From an uncultured bacterium (lineage in GTDB: Bacteria > Oederibacteriota > PGYV01 > CAWJRG01): 64,000 bases of DNA. The translations under genes and the position numbers were made by a program. Where the stretch lies: assembly GCA_963845185.1 (NCBI GenBank), contig CAWJRG010000010.1, positions 832,001-896,000 on the forward strand, given 5' to 3'. Below, piece by piece: positions 30,679-39,979 of the stretch (its first letter is position 1; each line of letters opens with the position of its first letter). A model generated the notes under the pieces. It searched no databases. It was given only the letters and a program-made list of their open reading frames with translations, and was not told the DNA's origin.

Positions 30679-30700
30679 TAATATAAAAATACAAAATAAG

Positions 30701-30729
30701 ATAGAGACGACCCGGCGGGTCGTTTCTAC
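30701..30729. repeat. GTAG-type REP-like palindrome
   Basis: ATAGAGACGACCCGGCGGGTCGTTTCTAC. Confidence 0.8.
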
Positions 30730-30756
30730 AGATAATTGCAATAACGGAGTTTAAAT

Positions 30757-32046
30757 ATGACGCAGTTGGAAGCGGCAAAAAAGGGAATTATAACAGGTGA
30801 AATGAAAAAAGTCGCAGCTGATGAAAGAATAAGCATTAAGGAACTGGCTGCTTTAATAGCCAGGGGTGAAGTCATAATACCTGTAAATATAAAACATAAA
30901 AAAGTAAAGCCTATAGGCATAGGCAAAAACATGAAAATTAAAATTAATGCCAATATAGGGAGTTCGCAGGATGTTTGTGATACCAAGCTTGAGCTGAAAA
31001 AACTTAAAACAGCTGTTGACAGCGGCGCGGACACGGTGATGGACCTGTCAACCGGAGGGAATTTAAAAAAAATACGAAAGGCGATTTTAAACGCGTCATC
31101 CGTGCCTATCGGCACCGTGCCTATTTATGAAATAATTACAAATGCTGCAAAAGCGAAAAAGGCGTTTGAAAAAATAACGGCCGATGATATTTTTAAAACA
31201 ATACAGGAACAGGCTGAGCAGGGCGTTGATTTTATCACGGTGCATTGTGGTGTTACGCGCGAAACAGTAAAAGCCCTGATTGCCGGTAAAAGGATACTAG
31301 GTATGGTGAGCAGGGGGGGCACTTTCCTTGCCAGCTGGATAATGAAAAACAAGACAGAAAACCCGCTTTATGAATACTTTGACCGGCTTCTTGATATTGC
31401 CTATAAATACGACATGACTTTGTCTTTGGGCGACGGCATGAGGCCGGGATGCCTTGCAGACGCCACAGACAAACCGCAAATTAAGGAACTTAAGACACTC
31501 GGAGAAATGGCGAAGCGTGCGTACAAAAGGAATGTGCAGGTAATGATAGAAGGCCCGGGGCATGTCCCGATAAATCAGATAATAAAAAACATGAAACTGC
31601 AGAAAAAATACTGCAATAACGCCCCGTTTTATGTCCTGGGGCCTTTGGTGACAGACATAGCGCCTGGTTATGACCATATAACCTCGGCAATAGGAGGCGC
31701 AATAGCCGCGGCCAACGGCGCTGATTTTTTATGCTACGTCACCCCGGCAGAACATTTGAAGCTGCCTGACATAGAGGATGTGAGGGAAGGGGTCATAGCG
31801 TCAAAGATTGCTGCGCATGCGGCTGATATAGCCAGGGGCATACCCGGCGCCCGCGACCGTGACGATGAAATGGCAAGGGCAAGGAGGAACTTAAACTGGG
31901 AAAAGCAGGCGATGCTTTCAATAAACCCGCTTAAAGCAAAAAAAATGAGGGAATCGTCAAGGCCGAAAATGGAGGATGTCTGCACAATGTGCGGGGAGTT
32001 CTGCGCAATTAAGGAAATGAAATGCCTGCGGGATAAAATTATTTGA
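30757..32046 (+). CDS. thiC: Phosphomethylpyrimidine synthase
   Basis: KINANIG, MDLSTGG, EGPGH, YVTPAEHL and CTMCGEFC motifs. Confidence 0.98.
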   Translation: MTQLEAAKKGIITGEMKKVAADERISIKELAALIARGEVIIPVNIKHKKVKPIGIGKNMKIKINANIGSSQDVCDTKLELKKLKTAVDSGADTVMDLSTGGNLKKIRKAILNASSVPIGTVPIYEIITNAAKAKKAFEKITADDIFKTIQEQAEQGVDFITVHCGVTRETVKALIAGKRILGMVSRGGTFLASWIMKNKTENPLYEYFDRLLDIAYKYDMTLSLGDGMRPGCLADATDKPQIKELKTLGEMAKRAYKRNVQVMIEGPGHVPINQIIKNMKLQKKYCNNAPFYVLGPLVTDIAPGYDHITSAIGGAIAAANGADFLCYVTPAEHLKLPDIEDVREGVIASKIAAHAADIARGIPGARDRDDEMARARRNLNWEKQAMLSINPLKAKKMRESSRPKMEDVCTMCGEFCAIKEMKCLRDKII

Positions 32047-32078
32047 CATAGCAAATTAAGTTTGATAAACTATCAAAC

Positions 32079-32639
32079 ATGGTGAGGAAGATGCTCGAGG
32101 TAAACGATAATATGGAAGTAAAGGGAAGGACTTTTACAATTACCGTTGAGTTTATCAAACAAAAATTCGGCATAGAAAAATTAAGCTCTTTTTATGCAGA
32201 TTTTCCAAAATACAAACAAATCGAAAATTTCTCGGAAATCGACTGGTATCCGGCAGCATTATTTTTGGAATTATCTGAGGACGCGGACAGGTATTTTGGT
32301 TTTGGCGATTTTTCCTTTCTTGAAGAGCTCGGATTGTTTTCGGCAGACAATGCGCTCAAAACCAGCCACGAACTTTTTAAGAACATTTCGCCAGAACTTT
32401 TCCTTTCAAACGGACAGGTAATATTTTCGTCCTATTATTCTCCTGGCACAGTCAAAACCAATTATTTGGGCGAGCGCAAGGCGGAGATTAACATAGAAAA
32501 TTTTGGGGATTCCATTTGCCTGTCAAAAAGGATTTTGGGATGGATGAAACGGATTTTAAGCGCGAGCGGAAGCAGAAAAATAAAATTAACGGAAATCCCC
32601 GCAAAAAACAAAATGGCGTTTTTACTGGAATGGGAATGA
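32079..32639 (+). CDS. Hypothetical protein
   Basis: 186-aa ORF (VKG, WYP, GW motifs) preceded by TTGACA-17-TAAACT at 32043-32071. Confidence 0.65.
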   Translation: MVRKMLEVNDNMEVKGRTFTITVEFIKQKFGIEKLSSFYADFPKYKQIENFSEIDWYPAALFLELSEDADRYFGFGDFSFLEELGLFSADNALKTSHELFKNISPELFLSNGQVIFSSYYSPGTVKTNYLGERKAEINIENFGDSICLSKRILGWMKRILSASGSRKIKLTEIPAKNKMAFLLEWE

Positions 32640-32704
32640 TGAAAAGCCCGTGCAATGAGCGGAATAAGAAATTTTTAAATATATTAAAGACAGGAAGTAG
32701 TATT

Positions 32705-33388
32705 ATGAAAAAAAAGATTTCAATAGCATTAATCCTGACATTATGCGGCATAGCATTTTTTCCTTCGTTTGCCAATTGCTACTGGATAAGCAATACCTCG
32801 GGGAAAATTGACCTGGACCTCGGGGGTTTCGGATACCCTACGCCGTATAATGATATTACCCAGAATTACCAAATACAAATAGGGTACCACACAAACGAAT
32901 TCGCCATAATGGGGCTGAAAATATCGTATTTGAATTACAATGAAGAAAATGAAAATATAACAATTCCTTCAGGAACGGATTCTTTTGCTATAACCGACGC
33001 AATTTACAATTTTGACCTGGTTATGCTCTTTAATTTTGCCAAAATAGGGGACAGGATGGTTTTATCATCCAGCCTACTGCCAGGCGTTGCCATGGTAACA
33101 CGAACCGTTTTTAAGGATGGAACTTCAATTAAACAGGAAAGTTATACTGCTTTTTCAGGCGGATTTGAAATTGGATTCAGGATTTACCTTACGGAGGGCA
33201 TTTCATTGAACGCGGGATGGATACTAAGGTATATGAAACTGAAAAATTACCCTATTGCATATTATGTGACTTTGCCAAAGCCGCCGTATACTTTGAATGA
33301 CTACAAAAACGGGCTCATTTACACTTCACTCACCGCAAATGATGTACTTTTGGATTATAATTTATTCAGCATAATATGGAGCTTTTAA
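32705..33388 (+). CDS. Hypothetical exported protein, likely beta-barrel
   Basis: Signal peptide from MKKKIS; C-terminal Phe. Confidence 0.6.
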   Translation: MKKKISIALILTLCGIAFFPSFANCYWISNTSGKIDLDLGGFGYPTPYNDITQNYQIQIGYHTNEFAIMGLKISYLNYNEENENITIPSGTDSFAITDAIYNFDLVMLFNFAKIGDRMVLSSSLLPGVAMVTRTVFKDGTSIKQESYTAFSGGFEIGFRIYLTEGISLNAGWILRYMKLKNYPIAYYVTLPKPPYTLNDYKNGLIYTSLTANDVLLDYNLFSIIWSF

Positions 33389-33389
33389 A

Positions 33390-35051
33390 ATGACGGGGAA
33401 AAATATTTTCAAATTAAAAGGCAGTATAATTATTATATTGATATTGATTTTTTGCATGGCTTTCAGCGGGCAGGCTTTTGCAAAATCAAAAAAGAAAAAA
33501 AAGGCCACCCCTACCCCGACGGCAACAGCAGAGATTCAGGCTGAAGCAGTGTCAAACACCCAGACTCCGCAAATACAGCCTACGGCACAGCCGGGCGTGG
33601 ATCAGGGCAAAACAGCCGCGTATTATTATGACGAAGGCCTGAAATACGAAAAAAACATGGATTACAAGAAGGCATATATTAATTTTTACACGGCCGTTAC
33701 CATGGATAAAACCTATTATAACGCCTACAGGAAACTCGGGAATATATATTTTACGGCGAAAAATTACAAATATGCCGTTTATTTTTATGAAAAATACCTC
33801 GTATACAAGCCAAACGACACGGAATTAAGGAAATTTGTGGACAGCTTAAAAGCGAGAATGGCAATCCCAAAGCCCAAAGCAACCGTGACAACAGGGCTTT
33901 TGCTTATACCTGAGCCACAGGGCCCTGTGCCTTACGAATTCAAGTCGCCTTCAACCGCGTTTATGATGTCCGACTTTGATTTAATATCATTCCCGCTGTT
34001 AAGCGGATGGGGCAGTTTTTACGCCAGGGCGCGCGGCCAGGATTTTTTCCCACCACCGGCATACATTTCCATGGTAAGCGATTTTATAATGATTTTTGGC
34101 GGGGGCACTTATTATTTGTTGAAGTCATCAGGAAGCACAAAAGACCTGAGCCCGTTTTACCCTGCCGGAAACCTGTGCGCTGTAATGACTTCATCGGCAT
34201 TGCTTTTTGATTTTGCCTCAGCCCCTTTTATGGCTACGGAAAATTCGGAAAAATTCATCAATTATATCAAGACGCATAACATTAAAGTGCCAAAGGTTCC
34301 GGTTGACTATAAGGACCCGCTTCTATCCGCTACGCTTTCTTTGACGGCAGGAAACATAGTGCCGGGCATAGGGCATTTTTACTGCGGAGATACTGACGCA
34401 GGACTGAAACTGCTTTTTATAACTTACGGGATAAACTCTGTTTTAACCGGCGCGGGATTTTTTGTCATAGGGCAGCAGCATTTAGCCGGAGAAATAATTT
34501 TCGGGATAGATGCGCTAGTGTACTCCATATTACGGTTTGCCGATTTACAGGGTTCGGCGGCCGAAACAGACGGAGTAAACGAACAATATTACGAGCAAAA
34601 GTTATGCCCAAGCAGCCCTTTGAAAAAAATTGAAATTAAAGATGAAAAAAGCCCAATGCTTGCTTTCGGTATAGCCCTGGTACCAGGCGCGCTGGTGCAT
34701 GGCGCGGGTAATTTTTACGCGGAAAATTACATAACGGCATTCACCCTGGCAGGGTGGGAACTGGCAGGCGGAATAATGTATCTTGCCGCAAACGGCCCGG
34801 ATTCAAATAAGCTGTGGGATGTAGGGTATGGAATCAATATTCCTGCAAACAGCCAGGGCTGGGTAAAATACACAGGGCTCGGACTTTTCGGGCTTTCATA
34901 TCTTTATGATATTATATCTTCTCCTGGCTATACCGCAATTTACAACGCAGTATATACGAATAAACCGGGTCAGACTATGCCCGGGAAAGCCGCTTTAATG
35001 CCGTATTTTGATAAAAACGAGGCTGGATTAAGGCTAGCGTATAATTTTTAA
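33390..35051 (+). CDS. TPR-containing envelope protein with three K(S/D)P..A/S..(P)G.G.FY repeats
   Basis: Signal peptide, PT linker, TPR-like helices, three related hydrophobic modules, ends YNF. Confidence 0.7.
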   Translation: MTGKNIFKLKGSIIIILILIFCMAFSGQAFAKSKKKKKATPTPTATAEIQAEAVSNTQTPQIQPTAQPGVDQGKTAAYYYDEGLKYEKNMDYKKAYINFYTAVTMDKTYYNAYRKLGNIYFTAKNYKYAVYFYEKYLVYKPNDTELRKFVDSLKARMAIPKPKATVTTGLLLIPEPQGPVPYEFKSPSTAFMMSDFDLISFPLLSGWGSFYARARGQDFFPPPAYISMVSDFIMIFGGGTYYLLKSSGSTKDLSPFYPAGNLCAVMTSSALLFDFASAPFMATENSEKFINYIKTHNIKVPKVPVDYKDPLLSATLSLTAGNIVPGIGHFYCGDTDAGLKLLFITYGINSVLTGAGFFVIGQQHLAGEIIFGIDALVYSILRFADLQGSAAETDGVNEQYYEQKLCPSSPLKKIEIKDEKSPMLAFGIALVPGALVHGAGNFYAENYITAFTLAGWELAGGIMYLAANGPDSNKLWDVGYGINIPANSQGWVKYTGLGLFGLSYLYDIISSPGYTAIYNAVYTNKPGQTMPGKAALMPYFDKNEAGLRLAYNF

Positions 35052-35096
35052 GAAACTCTTCCCTTTGTGATTCCATATGATTTACAATTAAAAAAT

Positions 35097-35507
35097 TTAT
35101 TTGTATATCATTGATATGCTTAAACCCGCCGCAACATAGCTTGTAAGGCCCTGCAGCAGCCAGGATATTAACAGGCTTTTTGTGAAGGAGCCGGCAAGGA
35201 AAGCCGTTACAAGCGGAGGCGTAACCATCAGAGCCCATAACATAAATCCGAAAAATATGCCTTTTAAAAGGGTGGAACCGGGAAGTCCGTTTTGAATTAT
35301 CGAGTAGAAAAAGGCAAACACGAGGCCGAAAACAATGTTAATTATTAAAAGCTTGTAAAACCATGCCATTGAGATTTTTTCGCGCCAGAAATACTTAATA
35401 GAAGGGTCTGAAATTTCGTGATTGAAATTATAAGCTATGCTCGCGACTACAAACAGAATAAAACCGGCTACAATGCCGGAAATAATAAATTTCAATAATT
35501 TTTCCAT
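35097..35507 (-). CDS. Hypothetical four-TM membrane protein
   Basis: SD AAGGAG; KG..FG motif; hydrophobic helices. Confidence 0.7.
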   Translation of the reverse strand: MEKLLKFIISGIVAGFILFVVASIAYNFNHEISDPSIKYFWREKISMAWFYKLLIINIVFGLVFAFFYSIIQNGLPGSTLLKGIFFGFMLWALMVTPPLVTAFLAGSFTKSLLISWLLQGLTSYVAAGLSISMIYK

Positions 35508-35647
35508 GGGTTGTTCTCCTTTTTTGTATTTTCTTAATAATAACACATAATAAACGCATAATCAATTATTTTTTAATGCCGGTAAATATGGATGTTACCC
35601 GATTGCTTTTTCCCTAGCATCGGTATAAACGCAGCGAAAAATATTAT

Positions 35648-35676
35648 TTGACAAAGCCCTGATTTATTAGTAAAAT
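35648..35676 (+). promoter_or_regulatory. Sigma70-type promoter
   Basis: TTGACA-17-TAAAAT. Confidence 0.6.
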
Positions 35677-35717
35677 TTTACATGAAGGATAAATGATTCT
35701 TTTATCAGGAGAATGCA

Positions 35718-36155
35718 ATGAATGACGATATGTCCAAATTAAGGGAAGCGCTGCAAAAAGTTGATTTTTTCTATTCATTAAGTTACGTCGAACTTGATGA
35801 ATTGATAAAATCCCTGAAAAAAAGGACGGTTCCTGCAGGGAATACGATTATAAGGCAGGGCGAAAAAGGTGACGCATTTTATTTGATAAGCACGGGTTCT
35901 GTTTCGGTAAGCGTAAGAAAAGGCATGATGGGCGGCCAGAAACAAATAGCAGAACTTGGCCCTGGGGCTTTCTTCGGCGAGATGGCGCTTGTGGTTGAAG
36001 AGCCAAGGACAGCCACCATAAAAGCAAGAGAGCGTTGCGAACTTTTTGTACTTTATAAAAAGGATTTTAAACAGATACTTCTTGCAAACCCTAAAATATC
36101 CACAATAATAAATAATGTGCTGACTGAGAGGAAAGAACAAAACAAGATTAAGTAA
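35718..36155 (+). CDS. Stand-alone cyclic nucleotide-binding domain protein
   Basis: IIRQGEKGDAFY, FFGEMAL and PRTAT motifs. Confidence 0.93.
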   Translation: MNDDMSKLREALQKVDFFYSLSYVELDELIKSLKKRTVPAGNTIIRQGEKGDAFYLISTGSVSVSVRKGMMGGQKQIAELGPGAFFGEMALVVEEPRTATIKARERCELFVLYKKDFKQILLANPKISTIINNVLTERKEQNKIK

Positions 36156-36314
36156 TTTTTTTTGTTTTAAAGCGGGAAAATAGTTTCAACATGCAAAATA
36201 TAACTTAAAAATTGGATTTAAATGTTTTACTGGTTTAAATATCCCTCCTTTTGTTAATTATGTAAAGATTAAAAAGGGAGCAAACACTATATGAAATAAA
36301 AGGAGCGAAATAAA

Positions 36315-38102
36315 ATGGCTGAAGCGCAAATTACAGTAAAACCCGGAGAGGCTATAAACAATGTGCTGGAAGGCATTAGCGAAGACGTCAAAAAAACCGT
36401 CATAGACGCCGTCGAATTTTATAACAAGGAAAAATCAGAAGCAGGCCATAAAATAGAGGACATGGTCAAAGTCAACAAACTAAGGAACGCGTATAATACC
36501 CTGGTATCGGCGCTGCTGGACAGGATGAACGCATTAAACAAATTTCAAAGGCTATTTTTGACAACAGGCGTGCTTGCGGACGTTGTAGAGTCAAACGGTA
36601 CGACCATAACCCTGGTCGAGCCCGCAATTTACGCGGCGCTTTTTGATTCATTTGAAAACAGGGAAGTCGGGCCGTTAAACGAGGTTATTTTTACCACGCT
36701 TGATAAAATGAAGGCGCTTGCCGAGGGCAGGATACAGCTGATTGACACCTCGGGAAAGAGAAAAAGGAGCATTGACACCAGCGTCGACCCGAAAAAAGTA
36801 AAAGCCGCACTTGAATGGAAAAAAGCGGATTCGCTGCGATCGGGCGCCAACCTTGTAAGGGAAATTTCAAATGATTTTGACAAACTTACCCAGCTGACTT
36901 CAGACAAAATAAAGAACGCAAAATTAAATTACGACGTCATAAAAAAATATTTTGATTTGCTTTTAAAGGGCCACAGGATAGAACCGGAAGAGAAAAAACT
37001 GAAAAACGCCTTAAAAACAAGGATAGACATCCTCTCAAAAACCCTGATAGAGTTTTCAAAGACTTACTCCGAGATATTCAACAGGACAAATGAACAACTC
37101 GAAAACCTGAAAGAGAAGATAGAGGACGTCCAGCAAAAAGAAGAGGAAATTGAGCAGGCCGACAGCATGATATCAACCGAAGAAGACAGGAAGGTGGACG
37201 AGTTCGGCAGCGAGCACCTCGATATAATAAAGAGGGACATAATAATAATAAACAATTTTATAGTAAACGCGGCGGAAAAAAACCCGAACAGGGTGCCGTT
37301 TTCAGGATCGAGGATAGTGGTAAATTCGCAGATACCAGACCTGGAAAAGGCAAATGAAGCTTATTTCTGCACGCCGCAAAACGTAATAAACGCCCTAAAG
37401 AAGATACTCAGCATACACATAAACGCTTTCCCGAAAGACGAGGACGGAAAATACATGATACCTCCCATAATCATTGAGCCCATAAGGAACTACGTGGACT
37501 TTCTGGAAGACAGGTTTGTGATGGGGTTTATCAGCGGCGAGCCCGGCAGAAAAGGCGCCAACGTTTCTTTTTCACCCGTGGATTTCCAGGTGTTAAAAGC
37601 AATAGGCATGTACCTTGCGAAGGATTCCATATACAACTACCGCGGCGAGATAAATGAAGGCACTTTTATGGGTGATTATACCGGCAAGATAGAGAAAAAG
37701 GCGCAGGTCAAGTGGACAGGCGAGGATAAAAAGTTCAACATGGTCATCTCTTCCCAGCTTGTGGACGCGGCGTCCAGGGACCAGGCTGTACAGGACTATA
37801 TGGATTTCCTGTTTAACGTCATGAACGGCCTCGGGCCCGGGCCGAAGATGAGCAAGCGCAGGATAAACGTGCTTTTAAAATACGCCGTGATAAAAAACGT
37901 GGAAAACAACATAAAGCTGCTTTTAAATTACGTGGCCCAGTCAGAGCCGACAGAGGCAAGGGACACAATACTTTTTTATTACGAGCACAATTACGAGGTA
38001 GCCAAGGAAGTCGTCAGGAAAATCGTAAAGGAAGACCAGCAGGTGCAGAGGGTTTTCGGAACATCAAACTCGGATTACGTAATCAACAGGATATTTGTAT
38101 AA
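36315..38102 (+). CDS. Hypothetical cytoplasmic protein with central coiled coil
   Basis: 595-aa ORF with SD AAGGAG and an E/K-rich heptad region; no recognised family. Confidence 0.8.
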   Translation: MAEAQITVKPGEAINNVLEGISEDVKKTVIDAVEFYNKEKSEAGHKIEDMVKVNKLRNAYNTLVSALLDRMNALNKFQRLFLTTGVLADVVESNGTTITLVEPAIYAALFDSFENREVGPLNEVIFTTLDKMKALAEGRIQLIDTSGKRKRSIDTSVDPKKVKAALEWKKADSLRSGANLVREISNDFDKLTQLTSDKIKNAKLNYDVIKKYFDLLLKGHRIEPEEKKLKNALKTRIDILSKTLIEFSKTYSEIFNRTNEQLENLKEKIEDVQQKEEEIEQADSMISTEEDRKVDEFGSEHLDIIKRDIIIINNFIVNAAEKNPNRVPFSGSRIVVNSQIPDLEKANEAYFCTPQNVINALKKILSIHINAFPKDEDGKYMIPPIIIEPIRNYVDFLEDRFVMGFISGEPGRKGANVSFSPVDFQVLKAIGMYLAKDSIYNYRGEINEGTFMGDYTGKIEKKAQVKWTGEDKKFNMVISSQLVDAASRDQAVQDYMDFLFNVMNGLGPGPKMSKRRINVLLKYAVIKNVENNIKLLLNYVAQSEPTEARDTILFYYEHNYEVAKEVVRKIVKEDQQVQRVFGTSNSDYVINRIFV

Positions 38103-38128
38103 TTGCAGGGACACTCCGCCAAAAAAGC

Positions 38129-39955
38129 CTACCAGGTCACTTCCTGAAATAAAACAAGGTTATTTTCATAATTTTTTTCCACTATTCCAGGGTTTATGCG
38201 CTGGACAATCTCAAATTCATTTACAGCTTCCTGCTGCCTGTTAAGTGCCACAAGAACATTGCCAAGGGCAAGATGCGCTGCGGCAAAATCAGGGAAAAGC
38301 ACGATGCTTTTTTTGAGGTAATTTTCAGCCATACCGGAAACGCCTTTTCCAATGTATATTATGGCCGCGTCATAAAGCAGGTCGGCGGCATACGGGTTCA
38401 AGGCAAGGGCTTTTTCGTACTCGGCTGAGGCTTCGTTAAACTGTTTAAACGATGCGTATGAATCCGCCAGGCAGGCCCTGGCAAAATAACTGCAGGAATT
38501 ATATTCCACGGCTTTTTTTAAAGACCATGTGATTGAAGACCCGGATTTTTTAACTGCAGCTCCGGGCTTCAGGTAAAAATTGGAAATAAAATCAAAAGGC
38601 TTTGTGAAAAAAACAATAATTACAGTCAGGATAACAGCGGCAGAAATCAGCCTGCAAACCCCGGAACTGATTTTTACGGATTTTTCATTTTTCCCTGCAG
38701 TTAGCGAGTAAAGAAAACCGCAATAAAGCCAGAAAAGGACGCAAGAAGGCAGTATAAAAAGGGGGAAGTTAAAAAAACTTTCCACAAGCGTACCTGTTAA
38801 AGAGGCCAGCAGCGCAAAAGAAAAAACATAATCGCCAGGCGCAAGCAGATACGAGGCTTTTTCGTAATAAAACACCAGGGAAAAGACAAAAGCCAGGAAT
38901 AAAACCAGGCCTGTAATCCCAAATTCTGCGAGAATCTGCGCGTAATCATTGTGGGCATAAGAAGTGCTTATAAAACTGTAATTTTTATCCTGATTCAGGC
39001 TTTCTGCCTGGTATTTCTGGTAAAAGTACTTATAAGATCCGGCACCCAGGCCGAATACCGGGTTGTTGTGCGCCATTAAAATTGCGGTTTTCAGCATCAG
39101 CATGCGGTTTTTTACGGACCCACTGTTTGCGGAGAAAATCCCGGCGCTGCGGGAGATATTATTTTTCATCATACCGGAAAAACGGGGAGTTAAAAATAGC
39201 GCCAGCGCCAGCAGAACAAAACAGGCGGAATATATAATGACAGCCTTTGTCATTTTCAGTACAAACATACCACTTGTCGCCAGAAGAAAAACCAAAAAAA
39301 CCAGGCATATAACCAGGGAAATGAATACGCCCCTTGATGCGGCAAGCATGATTGACAGGAGGCTAAAGCCCGTGTTTATAAGAAAAACAGGCCTGTTTTT
39401 TTTAAAGCAAAAAAACGAAACAACCAGAAATGGAAAGTTTATCATCATGAACTCACCGAAAAAAATCGGGTTGCCGAAAAAAGAATAAGGCCTCGGTACC
39501 ACGTAAAAAAACTGCCAGAGGCCGTACAGGGAGCTTAAAAACACGAGCATGTTGATAAAAACCAGGAATTTTTTCCAGTTGATTTCCGCAAGCACGGGGA
39601 TTATGAAAGACAGAGGCGATAAAAGCGCCAAAGTATAATAAAACTGCGGATGGAACCCGGATGCAAAGATTTGCACTGTAACGTAAAGGAAAAAAACTGT
39701 GAACACGAAGAATACAAAGTTGACCTTTGGTTTTTGCCGGTAAAAAAGCATGGCAGCAAATACCATTAAGGCAAAAAATATAAAACACACGGCCTTAGCC
39801 AGCTGAAACTCGTCATACATTGACTTTGAAAACAGTATGCAGGAAAGGACAAGGCAAAAAACAAAAATATCAGCGTATTTGTGTAGAAACCCCCGGGTAT
39901 GACTCTGCAATGCTTGAGACAGGGTTCCGTCCCTGTCTCTACGAATATTATTCAT
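38129..39955 (-). CDS. O-antigen ligase (Wzy_C) family protein with C-terminal TPRs
   Basis: Multi-TM; FGNP, SRG, R...GLGAG and AHNDY.Q..AE.G motifs. Confidence 0.88.
   Translation of the reverse strand: MNNIRRDRDGTLSQALQSHTRGFLHKYADIFVFCLVLSCILFSKSMYDEFQLAKAVCFIFFALMVFAAMLFYRQKPKVNFVFFVFTVFFLYVTVQIFASGFHPQFYYTLALLSPLSFIIPVLAEINWKKFLVFINMLVFLSSLYGLWQFFYVVPRPYSFFGNPIFFGEFMMINFPFLVVSFFCFKKNRPVFLINTGFSLLSIMLAASRGVFISLVICLVFLVFLLATSGMFVLKMTKAVIIYSACFVLLALALFLTPRFSGMMKNNISRSAGIFSANSGSVKNRMLMLKTAILMAHNNPVFGLGAGSYKYFYQKYQAESLNQDKNYSFISTSYAHNDYAQILAEFGITGLVLFLAFVFSLVFYYEKASYLLAPGDYVFSFALLASLTGTLVESFFNFPLFILPSCVLFWLYCGFLYSLTAGKNEKSVKISSGVCRLISAAVILTVIIVFFTKPFDFISNFYLKPGAAVKKSGSSITWSLKKAVEYNSCSYFARACLADSYASFKQFNEASAEYEKALALNPYAADLLYDAAIIYIGKGVSGMAENYLKKSIVLFPDFAAAHLALGNVLVALNRQQEAVNEFEIVQRINPGIVEKNYENNLVLFQEVTW
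39883..39942. repeat. REP-like doublet (GTAG...CTAC, 60 bp) inside the 5' end of the ligase ORF
   Basis: Minus strand GTAGAGACAGGGACGGAACCCTGTCTC followed by a degenerate unit ending GTTTCTAC. Confidence 0.7.
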
Positions 39956-39979
39956 GAGAAGTGGTTAATAAATATGCTG

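Noticed and set aside
30679..30756. TPP riboswitch before thiC
   Set aside because: No TPP aptamer core (GCTGAGA) is visible; the gap holds only a REP-like palindrome.
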